Made by a program: the position numbers and the translations under genes | In this document: in pieces, positions 12,043 through 25,570 of the stretch | How positions within the stretch are numbered: position 1 is the first letter of the stretch | How the letters are laid out: each line of letters opens with the position of its first letter | Notes under the pieces: model-generated | The model's input: only the letters and a program-made list of their open reading frames with translations | Database searches by the model: none | Told to the model about the DNA's origin: nothing | Assembly (NCBI RefSeq): GCF_009914755.1 | Contig: NC_060931.1 | Origin: the human T2T-CHM13v2.0 reference genome, Homo sapiens | Strand: one strand, 5' to 3' | Length of the DNA: 64,000 nt

Positions 12043-12519
12043 ATAACAATGGCCTACTTCATAATTTTGCCTGGAGTTAGCCCTAAAAGTAAAGGCTGCA
12101 AGTGATGTGTTTGTGGTCCTTTCTGAACTGGGACTAGACAGTAAAATCTCAATAATTCACTGTAATTAGGAAAACAATTCAATCTGACTCAGCAAAGATC
12201 TGTATTATAAACTATTTCTTAAATTCTTTTGAAACTTGAACAATGTATTCATTCAGTTTGGACTGGCCTTCACACACACAGACTTTGGAGAGTTCCAATC
12301 TTATTTCTCAGCACACCTTGTTGGAAATCTTTATAAAAACCTCTTTCATAGCCATCGTAGGCAGCTTTTCCTCACACTATCATAGAGTACCTGGCCCTCT
12401 CTCCACTTCAAAACACTCATCTCAAAATTTAGCTTGTTTCACCTCTCCTTTAAAGTCTGTCTTAACCATATTGGCCCAAAAGGAACTCTTCTTAGAAATT
12501 ATTATCTCACCTCCACCAA

Positions 12520-12685
12520 TCCCTAGGTGACCTTGGGCAAGTTACTTAACCTCTCAGACCTCAGTTTTATCATCTGCAAAATGGGACTAATAACAGTACT
12601 TATTTATTAGAATTTATATCAGTATTGAATGAGTCTGAGATTGGCTAATACTAGGCATTCAGTCAACGTTAGGTACTATATTACC
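12520..12685 (+). mobile_element. MIR SINE
   Basis: Core 'gtgaccttgggcaagttacttaacctctcagacctcagttttatcatctgcaaaatggg'. Confidence 0.85.
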
Positions 12686-12687
12686 AT

Positions 12688-12818
12688 TTATTCAGCAAAT
12701 ATTCCACTATATACCTGGTTTTTTCTAAGTCCTGAGGATGTAACGGTGAAAAACATAAAGCCCCTGCCCTCATGGAGCTTCCTTTCTAGCAGGAGAGGCA
12801 GATAATAAACATGTAAAC

Positions 12819-12875
<57 letters not shown>

Positions 12876-12990
12876 GGTTTCAACTAGTGCTAAATGCTAT
12901 GGCAAAACTAAAATGAGTAAAAATGATGGAAAATATGATTTTTGGTACAGTGGACTGGGATGCCCTTTCTAAAAGGGTGACATTTTGATG
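12688..12990 (-). mobile_element. L2 3' fragment interrupted by (AT)n
   Basis: 'ttattcagcaaatatt', 'cccctgccctcatggagcttcctttctag'. Confidence 0.7.
12821..12872. repeat. Perfect (AT)26 microsatellite
   Basis: Uninterrupted AT dinucleotide run. Confidence 0.97.
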
Positions 12991-15555
12991 ATAAAACACA
13001 TATTGAAATTAGTTTTTAAGCTCATTTTACTGCCTAAAAAGCCCTCTTAAATATATATCAAAAGCTTTCAAATATTTGGGAATGATATATTTTCCAACTC
13101 AGTAGCCATGATAATCCAGAATCCCAACCTGGGTTGGCAGACTCATCGGTGGACAAGTTCACATCGTAAACCTTCAGCATGCATTCCAAACCTGCCTTTT
13201 CCTTTCATTTTAAATGTTATCTTCCTCATGTTGTCTTCCTAATACTGACCTAATTTTTCAAACATGGTGCTTTGTCACCGCAACTTCTTCACACTGTTGA
13301 CAGAGTCTTCTCTTGCTGCCTTTTCACAAAGGTGGCCTTTTACTTTCTTCACCTTTGTTTCCTAAGAAATTGCCCACAGCCTGCCTTACACCTTTAAACT
13401 GGTTTCATGCCACTGTTCAGCTGTTTTCCTTTTATATCAGAGTCACTGTCACTGAATTATTCCACCTCTTTACTCCCTCTTCTTTATTCTCTTTGCTGCC
13501 ATATATAGCCAAAGTGAAAGGAGATCCCAAAAGAAGCTGCTAACTTCGGGGAGGTGTGTTTTTGGTACTGGTAGGAGTGGGGGAATCAGAGAAATCTGGG
13601 CATGGGAGAGTTGAAGCAACATGATCCAAGAGCTCTGACATCAGTTTTCTGACAATTTCAAAATCTGTGAATAAAATAAGGATGTGTGTTATAAAGTATC
13701 AGGAGAATCAGGAAGATAAATAGGATGCTTTTTCGCAAGGGAAAAGAATTTCTACTAATGAAAATCATCACCAATGACTCCTTTGTAATTGGGTTAATGG
13801 AATGATTTTAAAACACACACCCACCTCTAGCTATATAAAATAATACAGGATACTTTAATCCTGAGATCCTGGACTTTTCCCACTGTGAAGCAATAAATAT
13901 AAATAAATATCTTGGCTTAACATTCCTCTTTACCTCCTGCTTCTTCTCTCTGGTGATTTTTTTTCCTTCTTCTTTATGCACAAGGCCCCAGATCACTCAA
14001 GATTAGAAAACATAAAAGGCTCAGAAATTAAATTCTTAAGATTAAGGAATTCACTTAAGCCACATAAATTTAGAGCCTTTCTTTGCCAGCCAGGAACTCA
14101 GCAACTCAGATTAATAAACCTCGTTTCTGAAGTTGTGATAAATGAAGGCCATACAAAATCAGCCAGGTTTTCAGCTTGTTGCAGGGTCCACATGAGTGCT
14201 GGGATGGAGCCATCAACCAAAGATTGGCTCATGCACAAAACATTCCAGGAGCCAGGAAAGGCGGCGATGGGACTGAACACAAAGCTCTTTAGTATGTGCA
14301 ACAATTAATGTTTTAAATATTAAAACAAATTAATATGAGAGAGAATGTTGCTTTCTCATAACAAAAACTCAATCTCATCTCACAAGTTAAAATATTACAG
14401 AGAAGAAAAGATACCTGAAAATGCTAGCTTTTTGCACTCTCACATCCTTATGGAGTCCTCTTATGAAAATATCCTGGATTGTTCTAGTTTAAATTTTCTT
14501 AAAGGATCTGAATATTTGTTCTTAAATAACTTGTTTAAACTAGTATTGGTCACCTTCAAGTGCCCTCTGGTGTAACTTATTTTAATCTTCCAGACAATAC
14601 TTTACCCTGATCAAAGGAAAGGATTCTTTTTTTGCTCCTTTTGTGTTTGGATTAAAAATTATGATCTGCAAGCATGAGTTGAATTAAATTGAAAGTTTCT
14701 TCACTAAGAGTAGGAAATCACTAACTCTAAAACATCCTTTTAAAATCTGGGCATAGAAGGTTTAGAGTCTGGCTTCCCAGTGTGGCTGAAGGTGGAAAGT
14801 GGGGGCAATCTGCAGGCAAAAAGGAGGCACCCTGTCTGTAGAGAATTTACAAACATAACAAACACTTTATACAAGTAATAAAGTTTTAATAATGAAACTG
14901 ACCAAAAACCAGTCTGCTCCTTATCATCATGTACATGCCAACAATTCTAACTAATATAAGTGATAAAATGCTGTTCCCTCCCCACCAAAATTTTGTTGTA
15001 TAAGTTCTAACAATTGTTGTGGTTACTGTTGGGTTTTAATAATATATATGCAAACTTTAAATTAGCACGTTTTTACTGCTCATCCTTTTATACAGGCATA
15101 CGTTTTATTGCACTTTACAGATATTCCATTTTTCACAAATTTAAGGTCTGTGGCAACCTTTCATCAAACAAGTCTATCGCTGTCATTTTTCCAGCAGCAT
15201 GTACTCACTTGTGTCTCTGTGTCACATTTTGATCATCCTTGCAATGTTTCAAACTTTTTCATTATTATTATATCCTTTATCGGGATCTGTGATCAGTGAC
15301 TTTTGATGGAATTATTATAATTGTTTTGGGGTACCACGAACTGTGCCCATATAAAATGGCAAATTTAATCAATAAGTTTTGTGTGTGTCATCACTGCTCC
15401 ACTGATCAGCCATTCCTCCATCTCCCTCCTTCTTCTCAGACCTTTCCTTCCTATTCCCTCAGACACAAGATTAAAATTAGGCCAATTAGTAACCATACAA
15501 TGGCTTCTAAGTGTTCAAGTGAAAGGAAGCCTCTCACTATAAATCAAAACCTAGA

Positions 15556-16770
15556 CTTCATGAAAGACCTAAAACCATGAAAACCCTAGAAGAAAACCTA
15601 GGCAACACCATTTAGGACATAGGCATGGGCAAAGACTTCATGACTAAAACACAAAAGCAATGGCAACAAAAGCCAAAATTGACAAATGGGATCTAATGAA
15701 ACTAAAGAGCTTCTGCACAGCAAAAGAAACTATCATCAGAGTGAAAAGGCAACCTACAGAATGGCAGAAAATTTTTGCAATCTATCCATCTGACAAATGG
15801 CTAATATCCAGAATCTACAAAGAACTTAAATAAATTTACAAGAAAAAAACAGCCCCATCAAAAAGTGGGCAAAGGATATGAACAGACACTTCTCAAAAGA
15901 AGACATTTATGCAGAAAACAAACATATTTTAAAAAGCTCTTCATCACTGGTCATTAGAGAAATGCAAATCAAAACCACAATGAGATACCATCTCACGCTA
16001 GGTAGAATGGTGATCACTAAAAAGTCAGGAAACACATCCTAGAGAGGATGTGGAGAAATACGAATGCTTTTACACTGTTGGTGGGAGTGTAAATTAGTTC
16101 AACATTGTGGAAGTCAGTGTGGTCATTCCTTAAGGATCTAGAAGTAGAAATACCATTTGACCCAGCAATCCCATTACTGGGTATATACTCAAAGGATTAT
16201 AAATCTTTCTACTATAAAGACACATTCACATGCACACATATGTTTATTGCAGCACTGTTCACAATAGCGAAGACTTGGAACCAACCCAAATGCCCATCAA
16301 TGATAGACTGGATAAAGAAAATGTGACACATATACACCATGGAATACTATAGAGCCATAAAAAAGTGTGAGATCATGTCTTTTGCAGGGACATGGATGAA
16401 GCTGGAGACCATCATTCTCAGCAAACTAACACAAGAACAGAAAACCAAACACTGCATGTTCTCACACATAAGTGGGAGTTGAACCATGAGAACACATGGA
16501 CACAGGAAGGGGAACATCACACACGGGGGCCTGTCGGGTGGGGGCTGAGGGGCCAGGGGAGGGATAGCATTAGGAGAAATACCTAATGTAGATGACGGGT
16601 TGATGGGCGCAGCAAACCACCATGGCACATGTATACCTATGTAACAAACCTGCACGTTCTGCACATGTACTGCAGAAACTATAAAAAAAAAAAAACCTCT
16701 AACTTTTAATAAAATGTTTTATTTATTTCTATGTGGAATAAAAATCAAAAATAAGCCAGGAAAAAAAAAA
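15556..16770 (+). mobile_element. 5'-truncated L1PA (L1PA7/8-like) with apparent 3' transduction, inserted in Tigger1
   Basis: ORF2 C-terminus ([14 protein letters not shown]), 3' UTR 'gtagatgacgggttgatgggcgcagcaaaccaccatggcac', A-tail 16683-16695, extra 65 nt, second A-tail 16761-16770; TSD aaaa(c/g)ctaga. Confidence 0.9.
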
Positions 16771-17862
16771 GCTAGAAATGAGGAAGCTTAATGAGGAAGG
16801 CAAATAAAAAGCTGAGACTGGCCGAAAGCTAGGCCTCTTGCACTAAACAGCCAAGTCGTGAATATGAAGAAAAAATTCTTAAGGAAATAAAAGTGCTACC
16901 CAGTGAATATATGAATGATAAGAAAGTGAAACAGCATTATTGCTGATATGGAGAAGGTTAGAGTGGACTGGACAGAAGATCAAACCAGCCAACACATTCC
17001 CTTAAGCCAAAGCCTAATCTACAGCAAGATCTTAACTCTCTTCAATTCTATGATGGCTGAGAAAGGTGAGGAGCCAGCAGAACTAAAGTTTGAAGCAGAG
17101 GCTGGTTGATGAGGTTTAAGGAAAGAAACTATCTCCAAAACATAAAAGTGCAAGGGGAAGCAGCAAGGGCTGATGTAGAAGCTGCAGCAAGTTATCCAGA
17201 AGATCCAACTAAGATCATTGATGAAGGCAGCTACACTAAACAGATTTTCAGTGTAGCTGAAACAGACTTCTATTGGAAGAAGATTCCATCCAGGATTAAC
17301 TAGAGAGGAAAGCTCAATGCTTGGCTTCAAAGTTTCAAAAGGCAAGCTGATTCTCTTATTAAGGGCTAATGTGGCTGGTAACTTTAAGTTGAAGCCAATG
17401 CTCATTGACTGTTTTGAAAATCCTAGGGCCCTTAAGAATGATGTTAAATCTACATTGCCTGTGCTTTATAAATGCAATAACAAAGTCTGAACAACAGAAC
17501 ATCTGTTTACAGCATGATTTACTGAAAATTTTAAGCCCACTGTTGAGACCTACTGCTCAGGAAAACAGATTCCTTTCAAAATATTATTGTTCGTAGACAA
17601 TGTAACTGGTCACCCAGGAGCTCTGAAGGAGATATACAAGGAGATAACTGTGATTTTCATGCCTTCTAACACAATATCCATTCTGTAGCCCATGGATCAA
17701 GGAATAATTTCAATTTTCAAGTCTTATTGTTAAGAAATATATTTTGTAAGGCTATACCTACCATAGATAGTGACTTCTCTAATGAATCTGGGCAAAATAT
17801 GTAGAAAACCTTCTGGAAAAGATTTACCATTCTAGATGACATTAAAAACATTTGTGATTCAT

Positions 17863-18693
17863 GGAACAGACAGTTCTCAAAAGAAGATATACAAATGGCC
17901 AACAAACATGAAAAAATGCCCCACCCACATCACTAATGATCAGGGAAATGCAAATCAAAACCATAATGTGACACCAACTTACTCCTGCAAGAATCGCCAT
18001 ACTCAAAAAATGAAAAAATAATAGATGTTGGCATGGATGTGGTGAAAAGGGAACACTTTTACACTGCTGGTGGAAATGTAAACTACTAAAACCACTATGG
18101 AAAATAATGTGGAAATTCCTTAAAGAACTAAATGTAGAGCTACCATTTGATCCAGCAATCCCACTACTGAGTACCTACCCACAGGAAAAGAAGTCATTAC
18201 ATAAAAAAGATGCTTTCACATGCATGTATACAGCAGCACAATTTGCAGTTGCAAAAACATGGAACCAGCCCAAATCCCCATCAATCAATGAGTGCATAAA
18301 TTGTGATACACACACACATACCATGGAATACCACTCAGCCATAAACATGAAGAAAATAATGGCATTTGGACCAACCTGAATGGGACTGGAGACCAGTAGT
18401 CTAAGTGAAGTTAAGTCAGGAATGGAAAACCAAACATTGTATGTTCTCACTTATAAGTGGGAGCTAAGCTATGAGAACGCAAAGGCATAAGAATGATACA
18501 ACGGACTTTGGGGACTCAGGGGAAAGGGTGGGAGAAGGGTGAGGGATAAAAACCACCCACTGGGTACAGTGTACACTGCTCGGGTGATGGGTGCACCAAA
18601 ATTTCAGAAATCACCACTAAAGAACTTATTCATGTAACCAAACACCATCTATTCCCCCAAAAACATATTGAAATAAAAAAAATGAATTAAAAA
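17863..18693 (+). mobile_element. 5'-truncated L1PB (L1PB2/3-like) inserted in Tigger1
   Basis: ORF2 C-terminus ([11 protein letters not shown]), 3' UTR 'gtacactgctcgggtgatgggtgcaccaaaatttcagaaatcaccactaaagaac'; degenerate TSD catttgtgattca / cattcgtgactca. Confidence 0.9.
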
Positions 18694-20038
18694 AACCATT
18701 CGTGACTCAGGAGATCAAAATATCAACATTAACAGGAGTTTGGAAGAAGTTGATTCCAACCTTCATGGACAACTTGGAGAGGTTCAAAACTTTGGTGGAG
18801 TACTGCAGATGTGATGCAAATAGCAAGAGAACTAGAATTAGAGGTAGAGCCTTAAGTATGACTGAATTGCTGCAATCTCATGATAAAACTTGAACAGATG
18901 AGAAGTCGCTTCTTATGGATGAGCAAAGAAAGTGGTTTCTTGAGATAGAATCTATTCCTGGTGAAAATACTGTGATCATTATTGAAATGACAACAAAGGA
19001 TTTAGAAAATGACATAAACTTAATTTATAAAGCAGCAGCAGGGTTTGAGAGGATGGACTCTAATTTTTGAAGGAAGTTCTAACGTGGATAAAATGTTGTC
19101 AAACAGCAAAGCATGCTACAGAGAAATATTTTATGAAAGAGTTAATTGATGGGGCAAACGTCATTGTTGCCTTATTTTAAGAAATTGCCACAGCCATCCC
19201 AACCTTAAGCAACCACGACCCTGATTAGTCAGTAGCCATCAACATCAAGTCAAGACTCACTGAAGCCTTAGATGATCATTAGCATTTTTTAGCAATAAAT
19301 TTTTAATTAAGGTATGTACATTACTTTTTAGACATAATGCCATTGCACATTTAATAGACTATAATATAGTGTAAACATAACTTTTATATAAACTGGAAAC
19401 AAAAAATTTTGTGTAATTCACTTTATTGCAATATTCACTGCATTGTGATCATCTGGAACCAAACCCACAACATCCCCAAGGTATGCCTGTATATATTATA
19501 ATCTACAAGTAAGCTAATTCAGAGAAATCCCAGTTATACAGCTGACTCCAGACACATGCAGTCTTGGACACACACATATGTGTTCCATAAGCAAGTTTGT
19601 GAAGGTTTGGGAATCATTCCAGCTCACTTCGAAAAAACTTATGATACTCCATATTCTGACATTTAAACAGAAGATTCAAAATAAATAATTATAGGATATT
19701 ACTTGCAAAAAAAAAGAAACAAGTAAATTCATCATTCCACATGATTAATGGAATTTTTGTTTTTAAAAATGTAAAGTGACGAAATGAAGTACAGAATGTG
19801 AGATGTAGTATTTTTATTGGTAAGTGTAAACTTTATACATGATTTTGCTAAACTTTAATAATATCTTTAAAATTGATATTTCTTTTGTTATTCTTGTGAT
19901 TATTTAATAAACTTTAATATTATTTATTACTGTCATAAACCAATAATTGGTTCTTTCCCTTTGTGCAAAAATTTATACTAATGTAATTAAAATTACCAAT
20001 CCATTACTTTTTTCCTTTTATGTACATAACATTTTTTA

Positions 20039-20402
<364 letters not shown>

Positions 20403-20699
20403 TCCACAATTTGTATTTCCTTTATGGCCATTATTATGCATATTATATATTATTCATATAAAATAATTTTTAAGATAATTTTGTCACCTAAAGGAAGGAG
20501 GATTAAAACGTTATGTGCTCTGAGTGCAAACATGCTTTGTACCAACATGCTTTCTGGAGTTTTCTCAGATTCTTTGACTTTCTTACTTTTTGTCTCATAC
20601 AAGCTTGCATCAAAATTGTGAGCTGGCTTAAGATGGTGGATTATAGGAAAACTAGAAGAAAACACTTCCTAGAAAGGAATAGAAGACAAGTAACTAACA

Positions 20700-21305
20700 T
20701 GCATTTATTCGCCCCTTTATTCATTCAACAAATAACTATTAACCATCTACCACCATACCAAGCACTGGTCTAGGCACCAGGAATATTATTTCATGCCGTC
20801 TGGAAGGTTGCCTTTTAATAGAAAAACACAGACAAATAACAAACATAATGAACAAGTAAATTATGTAATATGTTAGAATGCAGTAAGAGCTATAGAAAAA
20901 AATAATGAATTCAGCATGATAAACGAGTGCCAGGACATTGGAGTTTTAATAGGGTAGCTATTGGTTATTGGGAAGGTATCTTTTGATCAAAGACTTGAAT
21001 AAGTTGAGAATTAGCCATGTGGACATCTAGGGAAAGTGTATTCTGGGCAGAGAAAACCAACCAGAGCAAAGGTCATGGGGAAGGGGCATGCCTGGATCGT
21101 TCCAGGAAAAGCAAGAAGGACACGAAGCAGAGAGTGAAAGGGAAAGAAAGGAGTAGTAGATGAAATTAGAGAGGTCAGGAGGATCAGATTGTACAGAGCT
21201 TTCTTAAACCTTTAAAACGACTTTGTCTTTTACTCTGGGTGAAACAGGGAACCACTGCAGGGCTTTAAGCAGAGGAATGACATGATACAACTCATGATGT
21301 TTAAA
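20700..21305 (-). mobile_element. L2 fragment
   Basis: 'ttattcattcaacaaata', 'gccatgtggacatctagggaaag', 'cactgcagggctttaagcagaggaatgacatgat'. Confidence 0.8.
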
Positions 21306-21364
21306 ACAGTGGCCTTAGTATAAGTGGGTTGACTACCTTAAAAGCCCTCCAATCTTCCTGGAGC

Positions 21365-21610
21365 GATATGGGGTGGCCCACCTAAGACATCTGTCCCCAT
21401 TCATCACCAAGATTGATCCGTCTGATCTGACTGACTAGGAGTACCATTCTTCCCTGCCTTCTTGCCTTGCATCGTCCTAAAGGCGCACACCTGGTCAACC
21501 CTTTCAGATTTAGGAGAGGCATTCTTCAGGTAAGGGTCTAGAGGTGCTACCTGATGCTAAAACTTTGACCATTTGAGATTATTTTTCACCTACTATCTTC
21601 AAGACTCTTC
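21365..21610 (+). pseudogene. Degenerate 7SK snRNA pseudogene (RN7SKP class)
   Basis: 'gacatctgtccccattcatcaccaagattgatccgtctgatctgactgactagg' aligns to 7SK GACATCTGTCACCCCATTGATCGCCAGGGTTGATTCGGCTGATCTGGCTGGCTAGG; later colinear blocks 'tcttcaggtaaggg', 'tgctaaaac', 'ccatttg', 'cttcaagactc'. Confidence 0.8.
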
Positions 21611-24600
21611 TGTAAAACTATAAATTGCTCTTGAATTCTTAACCTATGAAAACTGACTTTTTGATATAAATTAAATTAGCCCTTAACCGACAATTAAGCA
21701 GATAACTGACAGGTGGGAATGAACACCAGAAACATTCACAGCAACACACACACGCACCCCTAGACCTCAATATTTAGATATTCATCATACATACATTTTC
21801 TATCCACAATTGACTACAATGCTAATAGTTCTCAAACGTACACAAGATGTACGTAATGTCCTGTCCATTTGTTTCCCTCTTTCACTGTCATAACTGAACA
21901 GGGATTATTGGAGGATATAGTGAAAAGAAGGGCAAACTCAGATGTTGTGCATGGCAGCCATGCTAGGAAGTAGGAAAAGTAGAGGCAAGAAGACCCCTGG
22001 AGAAAGATTTGTCTGCCTAAAGTTTGAACCAAAGCCAGCTTCTACCTCAGGCCAACCCATTCTCTGAACAGAAGGAAAGGATGCTTCCTGAGGTACTGAC
22101 CTGGCCTATGAACTTTACCCTCAGGAGAGCTGACCAAAGGATGTCTCCTGGTAGCCTAATTGGTCCTCTTGGTCCTCAAATTCTCTTTTTTAAAAACTAT
22201 TACATTCATTCTACCTATGCGTTTTTTCAATAAATTGTATTAATATTTCTTAGTCACAATAGAAGGCTTTTAACTTCTCAATTATTTTTCAGTCTCTTCC
22301 AAGGGTAGTACTATCAGAAGCAAGATGAAAAGCATCAAGGTGGGTACCAATTTTTACCCACACTTAGCACCAAAAGTTGAATTTGAAGCTAGGATTGGGC
22401 AAATACAAGAATGACTATTTCCTAACCATGTATAAAAAGCTGTTTCAAAGTTTTCTCTGATGTTCATAAACATCAAGTATCTTACCAGTAATCACAGTTC
22501 TAAGCTGGTAATTTTCCAGTACGTAGGCTTCCATACTTCTGAAGCCTACATGTGAATGCTTATATTACAGGTGCTTCTTTCCCTTAAGGTAGTCACTTAT
22601 GGGAACAGCTTATGGACAAACAGGGAGCTTTTGTGTTGAGTGTAATAGATCAGCCTCTCTTTCATAAATGACAGCTTCTACCCAGATTAGTTTTATAAGG
22701 AGATGGCAACTCCCTATTTGATATAATTTTACATGCACTAGAAAGTTTTCCTTGACTCCATCACTCATGAAGCTTACCCACCTAATGAAAAAAATGTCTA
22801 ATGATAAAATTAGACAGCATGCAAGAACAGATGACTAATGTAACCAAAACTATGAAAAGTCTTAGAATCTAAAGGAGATGCTAGAGATCAAACACTAACA
22901 GAACTGAATATGCCTTTTATGGACTCCTCAGTAGACTGAACATGGCTATAAAAAGAATCAGTGAGCTTGAAGATATGTCAATATAAACTTCAAGAACTAA
23001 AATGCAAAAAGAAAAAACTATAGTGGAAAAAACAGAAGAATATATTAAAGAACTGTGGGACAATTTCAAAAAGTGTAACATACATAATTTGAATACCAGA
23101 AAAAGAAGAAAAAGTGGAGCAGAAGAAATACTTGAAAGTAATGACAAACACAAAACCACAGATCCATGAGGTTCAGAGAAAAGCAGGATAAACACTTAAA
23201 CTACTTGTAGGCATAGCATATGCAAACTGCAGAAAACCAACTACAAAGAGAAAACCTTAAAAGAAGCCAGAAGGAACAAACACTTTACCTATAGAAAAAC
23301 AAGTTTAAGAATTACAGCAGACTTCTCATCAGTACCATGCAAGCAAGAAGAGAATGAAATGAAATATTTAAAGTGTTGAAAGTCAAAAATCACCAACCTG
23401 GAAATTCTATATCTAGCAAAATTGTTCTTCAAAAGTAAAAGAGAAGGACTTCCTTCATGCAAAAAATAATAATAACTACCCTGAGGGAATTCATTACCAG
23501 AAGACCTGTAATGCAGAAATTTTTTAAAAAACATTATTTAAGGGGAATGAAAATGATATAGGTCAGAAACTCAAATCTATGTAAAGGAACATCAATACAG
23601 AAGGAATAAATGGAGATACAATCATCTGATAACTGTTTACTTAAAATAATAATAGTAACAATGTATTGGTTGATTATAGAATATGAATAAGTGAAATGAA
23701 TGACAGCAATGTCATAACAGATAGGAGGGAGAAATGAGGGATACTGTTATGAGTAAGAACCTGAAGTGCAGATGCAATGGTAGAGTGTTATTAGAAGCTG
23801 GATATAGACAAGTTAAAAATTTATATTGCAAACTCTAGACCACTATTAAAAAAATTTTTAAGAAATGTAATTGCTAGGAAAGGAGATAAAATAAAATCAC
23901 ATGAAGTGCTCAATTAAAAACAGACAAGGCAGGAAAATACTGGAACAAAAAAAGAAACAAATGCAATTATTATAAAACAGATATGAACATGGTAGATATT
24001 TATACAACTATACCAATAATCACTTTAAATGTTAATTGTTTAAAAACACAAGGTAAACAAAAAGGTTGTCAGAGTAGATTGAAAAAACAAGGTCCAAATA
24101 TATGTTGCCTACCAGAAACTAAATATTAAAAACTCAAGTGGGATCATCATGGCAGACAGGAGGCAGGACTAGATTACAGCTCCAGAGACAGCAACGTACA
24201 GAAGCTCACACTGTGAATTTTAGCTCCAGAACGACTGCAATTACAAACCAAAAATCCCAAGAGGACCCACAGACCCTCTGAAGGAAGTGGACTGCTCCTG
24301 CAGGACCTGGGAGACACCCCAAATACTGTGAGTGCCCTAACTGCAGAAATGGGAAAAGGAGACTCTCCTCTCACAGGGCTCCATGCAGACAACCCCCAGT
24401 ACCAGTCCAGACCCTCAATGGAGAAGCTGAAGGTCTGTTTGTGGGAGAAGTTTCCAACTTTACCTGGAGCTGAGTCAATTTAGAGAACCAAGTGAAATAC
24501 AGGGGAGAGGAAGCAGCAGAAAGGCCTTGGGAGCTTGCTGTGTACCCTAGCAGCCCATTCCTGCCTGGCACCACAGGGATCCATTGGGAGGGTGACCAGA

Positions 24601-25570
24601 GGAGCAGGGGATAAACTCCACAGGAGGAAGAAAATCTCTAGCTGAACTTTGTAACAATTTGAAGGGTGGGAAGCCTCCTGCTCAGAAGTCACGGGAGGGT
24701 GCAAATCTGGTGTGCAGACTCCACAGGCAGGGGAAAAACCAAGCCCTTTTCTTTCGCAGCTGGGAGGTGGGTAGCCCAGTGCAAGTTTTCTAGCCTGTCA
24801 CACCCTCCGCCAGGAAACAGACTCGGGGCTACTGGGGGTGGGGGCACAGTGGGAGTGAGACCTTCAGTTTATGTGGGATCTGGATGAGGTCTGTGACTGC
24901 TGGCTTTCCCCCATTTCCCTGACAACCTGCATGACTCAGGAGAGGCAGCCATAATCCTCCTAGGTACACAACTCCAGTGACCTGGAAATCTCAACCCCAT
25001 CCTCCACATCAGCTGCAGCAAGACCTGCCCAAAGTGAGTCTGAGCTCAGACATGTCTAGCCCTGCCTGCACTTGATGGTCCTTCCCTATCCACCCTGGAA
25101 ACAGAAGACAAAGGGCATATAATCTTGGGAGTTCTAGGGCACTGCCCACTGCCAGGCCCTCTCCATACTACTACAGCTGATGCTTTCTGGAAAGTGTCAC
25201 CTCCTGGCAGGAGGCCAACCAGCACAAAAATAGAGCATTAAACCACCAAAGCTAAGAACCCTCACAGAATCCATTGAACACCCCTGCCACCTCCACCTGA
25301 ACAAGCACTGGTATCCATGGCTGAGAGACCCATAGATGGTTCACATCACAGGGCTCTGTGCAGACAACCCCCAGTACCAGTCCAGAGCTGGGCAGTCTCA
25401 CGGGGTGGCTAGACTCAGAAGAGAGACAACAATCACTGCAGTTTGGCTCTCAGGAAGCCACATCCACAGGAAAATAGGGAGGGTACTACACCAAGGGAAC
25501 ACCTGTGGGACAAAAGAATCTGAACAACAGCATTCAGCCCTAGATCTTCCCTCTGACAGAGGCCACCCAA

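Larger units (their letters stand above)
15093..19489 (+). mobile_element. Tigger1 DNA transposon, near full length, split by two L1 insertions; transposase is pseudogenised
   Basis: Termini CAGGCATAC...GTATGCCTG flanked by TA on both sides (15091-92, 19490-91); transposase remnants MASKCSSERK and [19 protein letters not shown]...[10 protein letters not shown]; net length ~2.35 kb. Confidence 0.95.

Noticed and set aside
16525-16563. G-quadruplex-like G-run cluster
   Set aside because: Standard feature of the L1PA 3' UTR, not locus-specific
17019-17905. ORFs on both strands as a domesticated transposase gene
   Set aside because: Tigger1 transposase is broken by stops, frameshifts and two L1 insertions; minus-strand ORFs are antisense shadows
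19544-19557. 14-nt match to the 7SK 3' region (gactccagacacat)
   Set aside because: Lies within the Arthur1-like transposon and is not colinear with the 7SK copy; chance match
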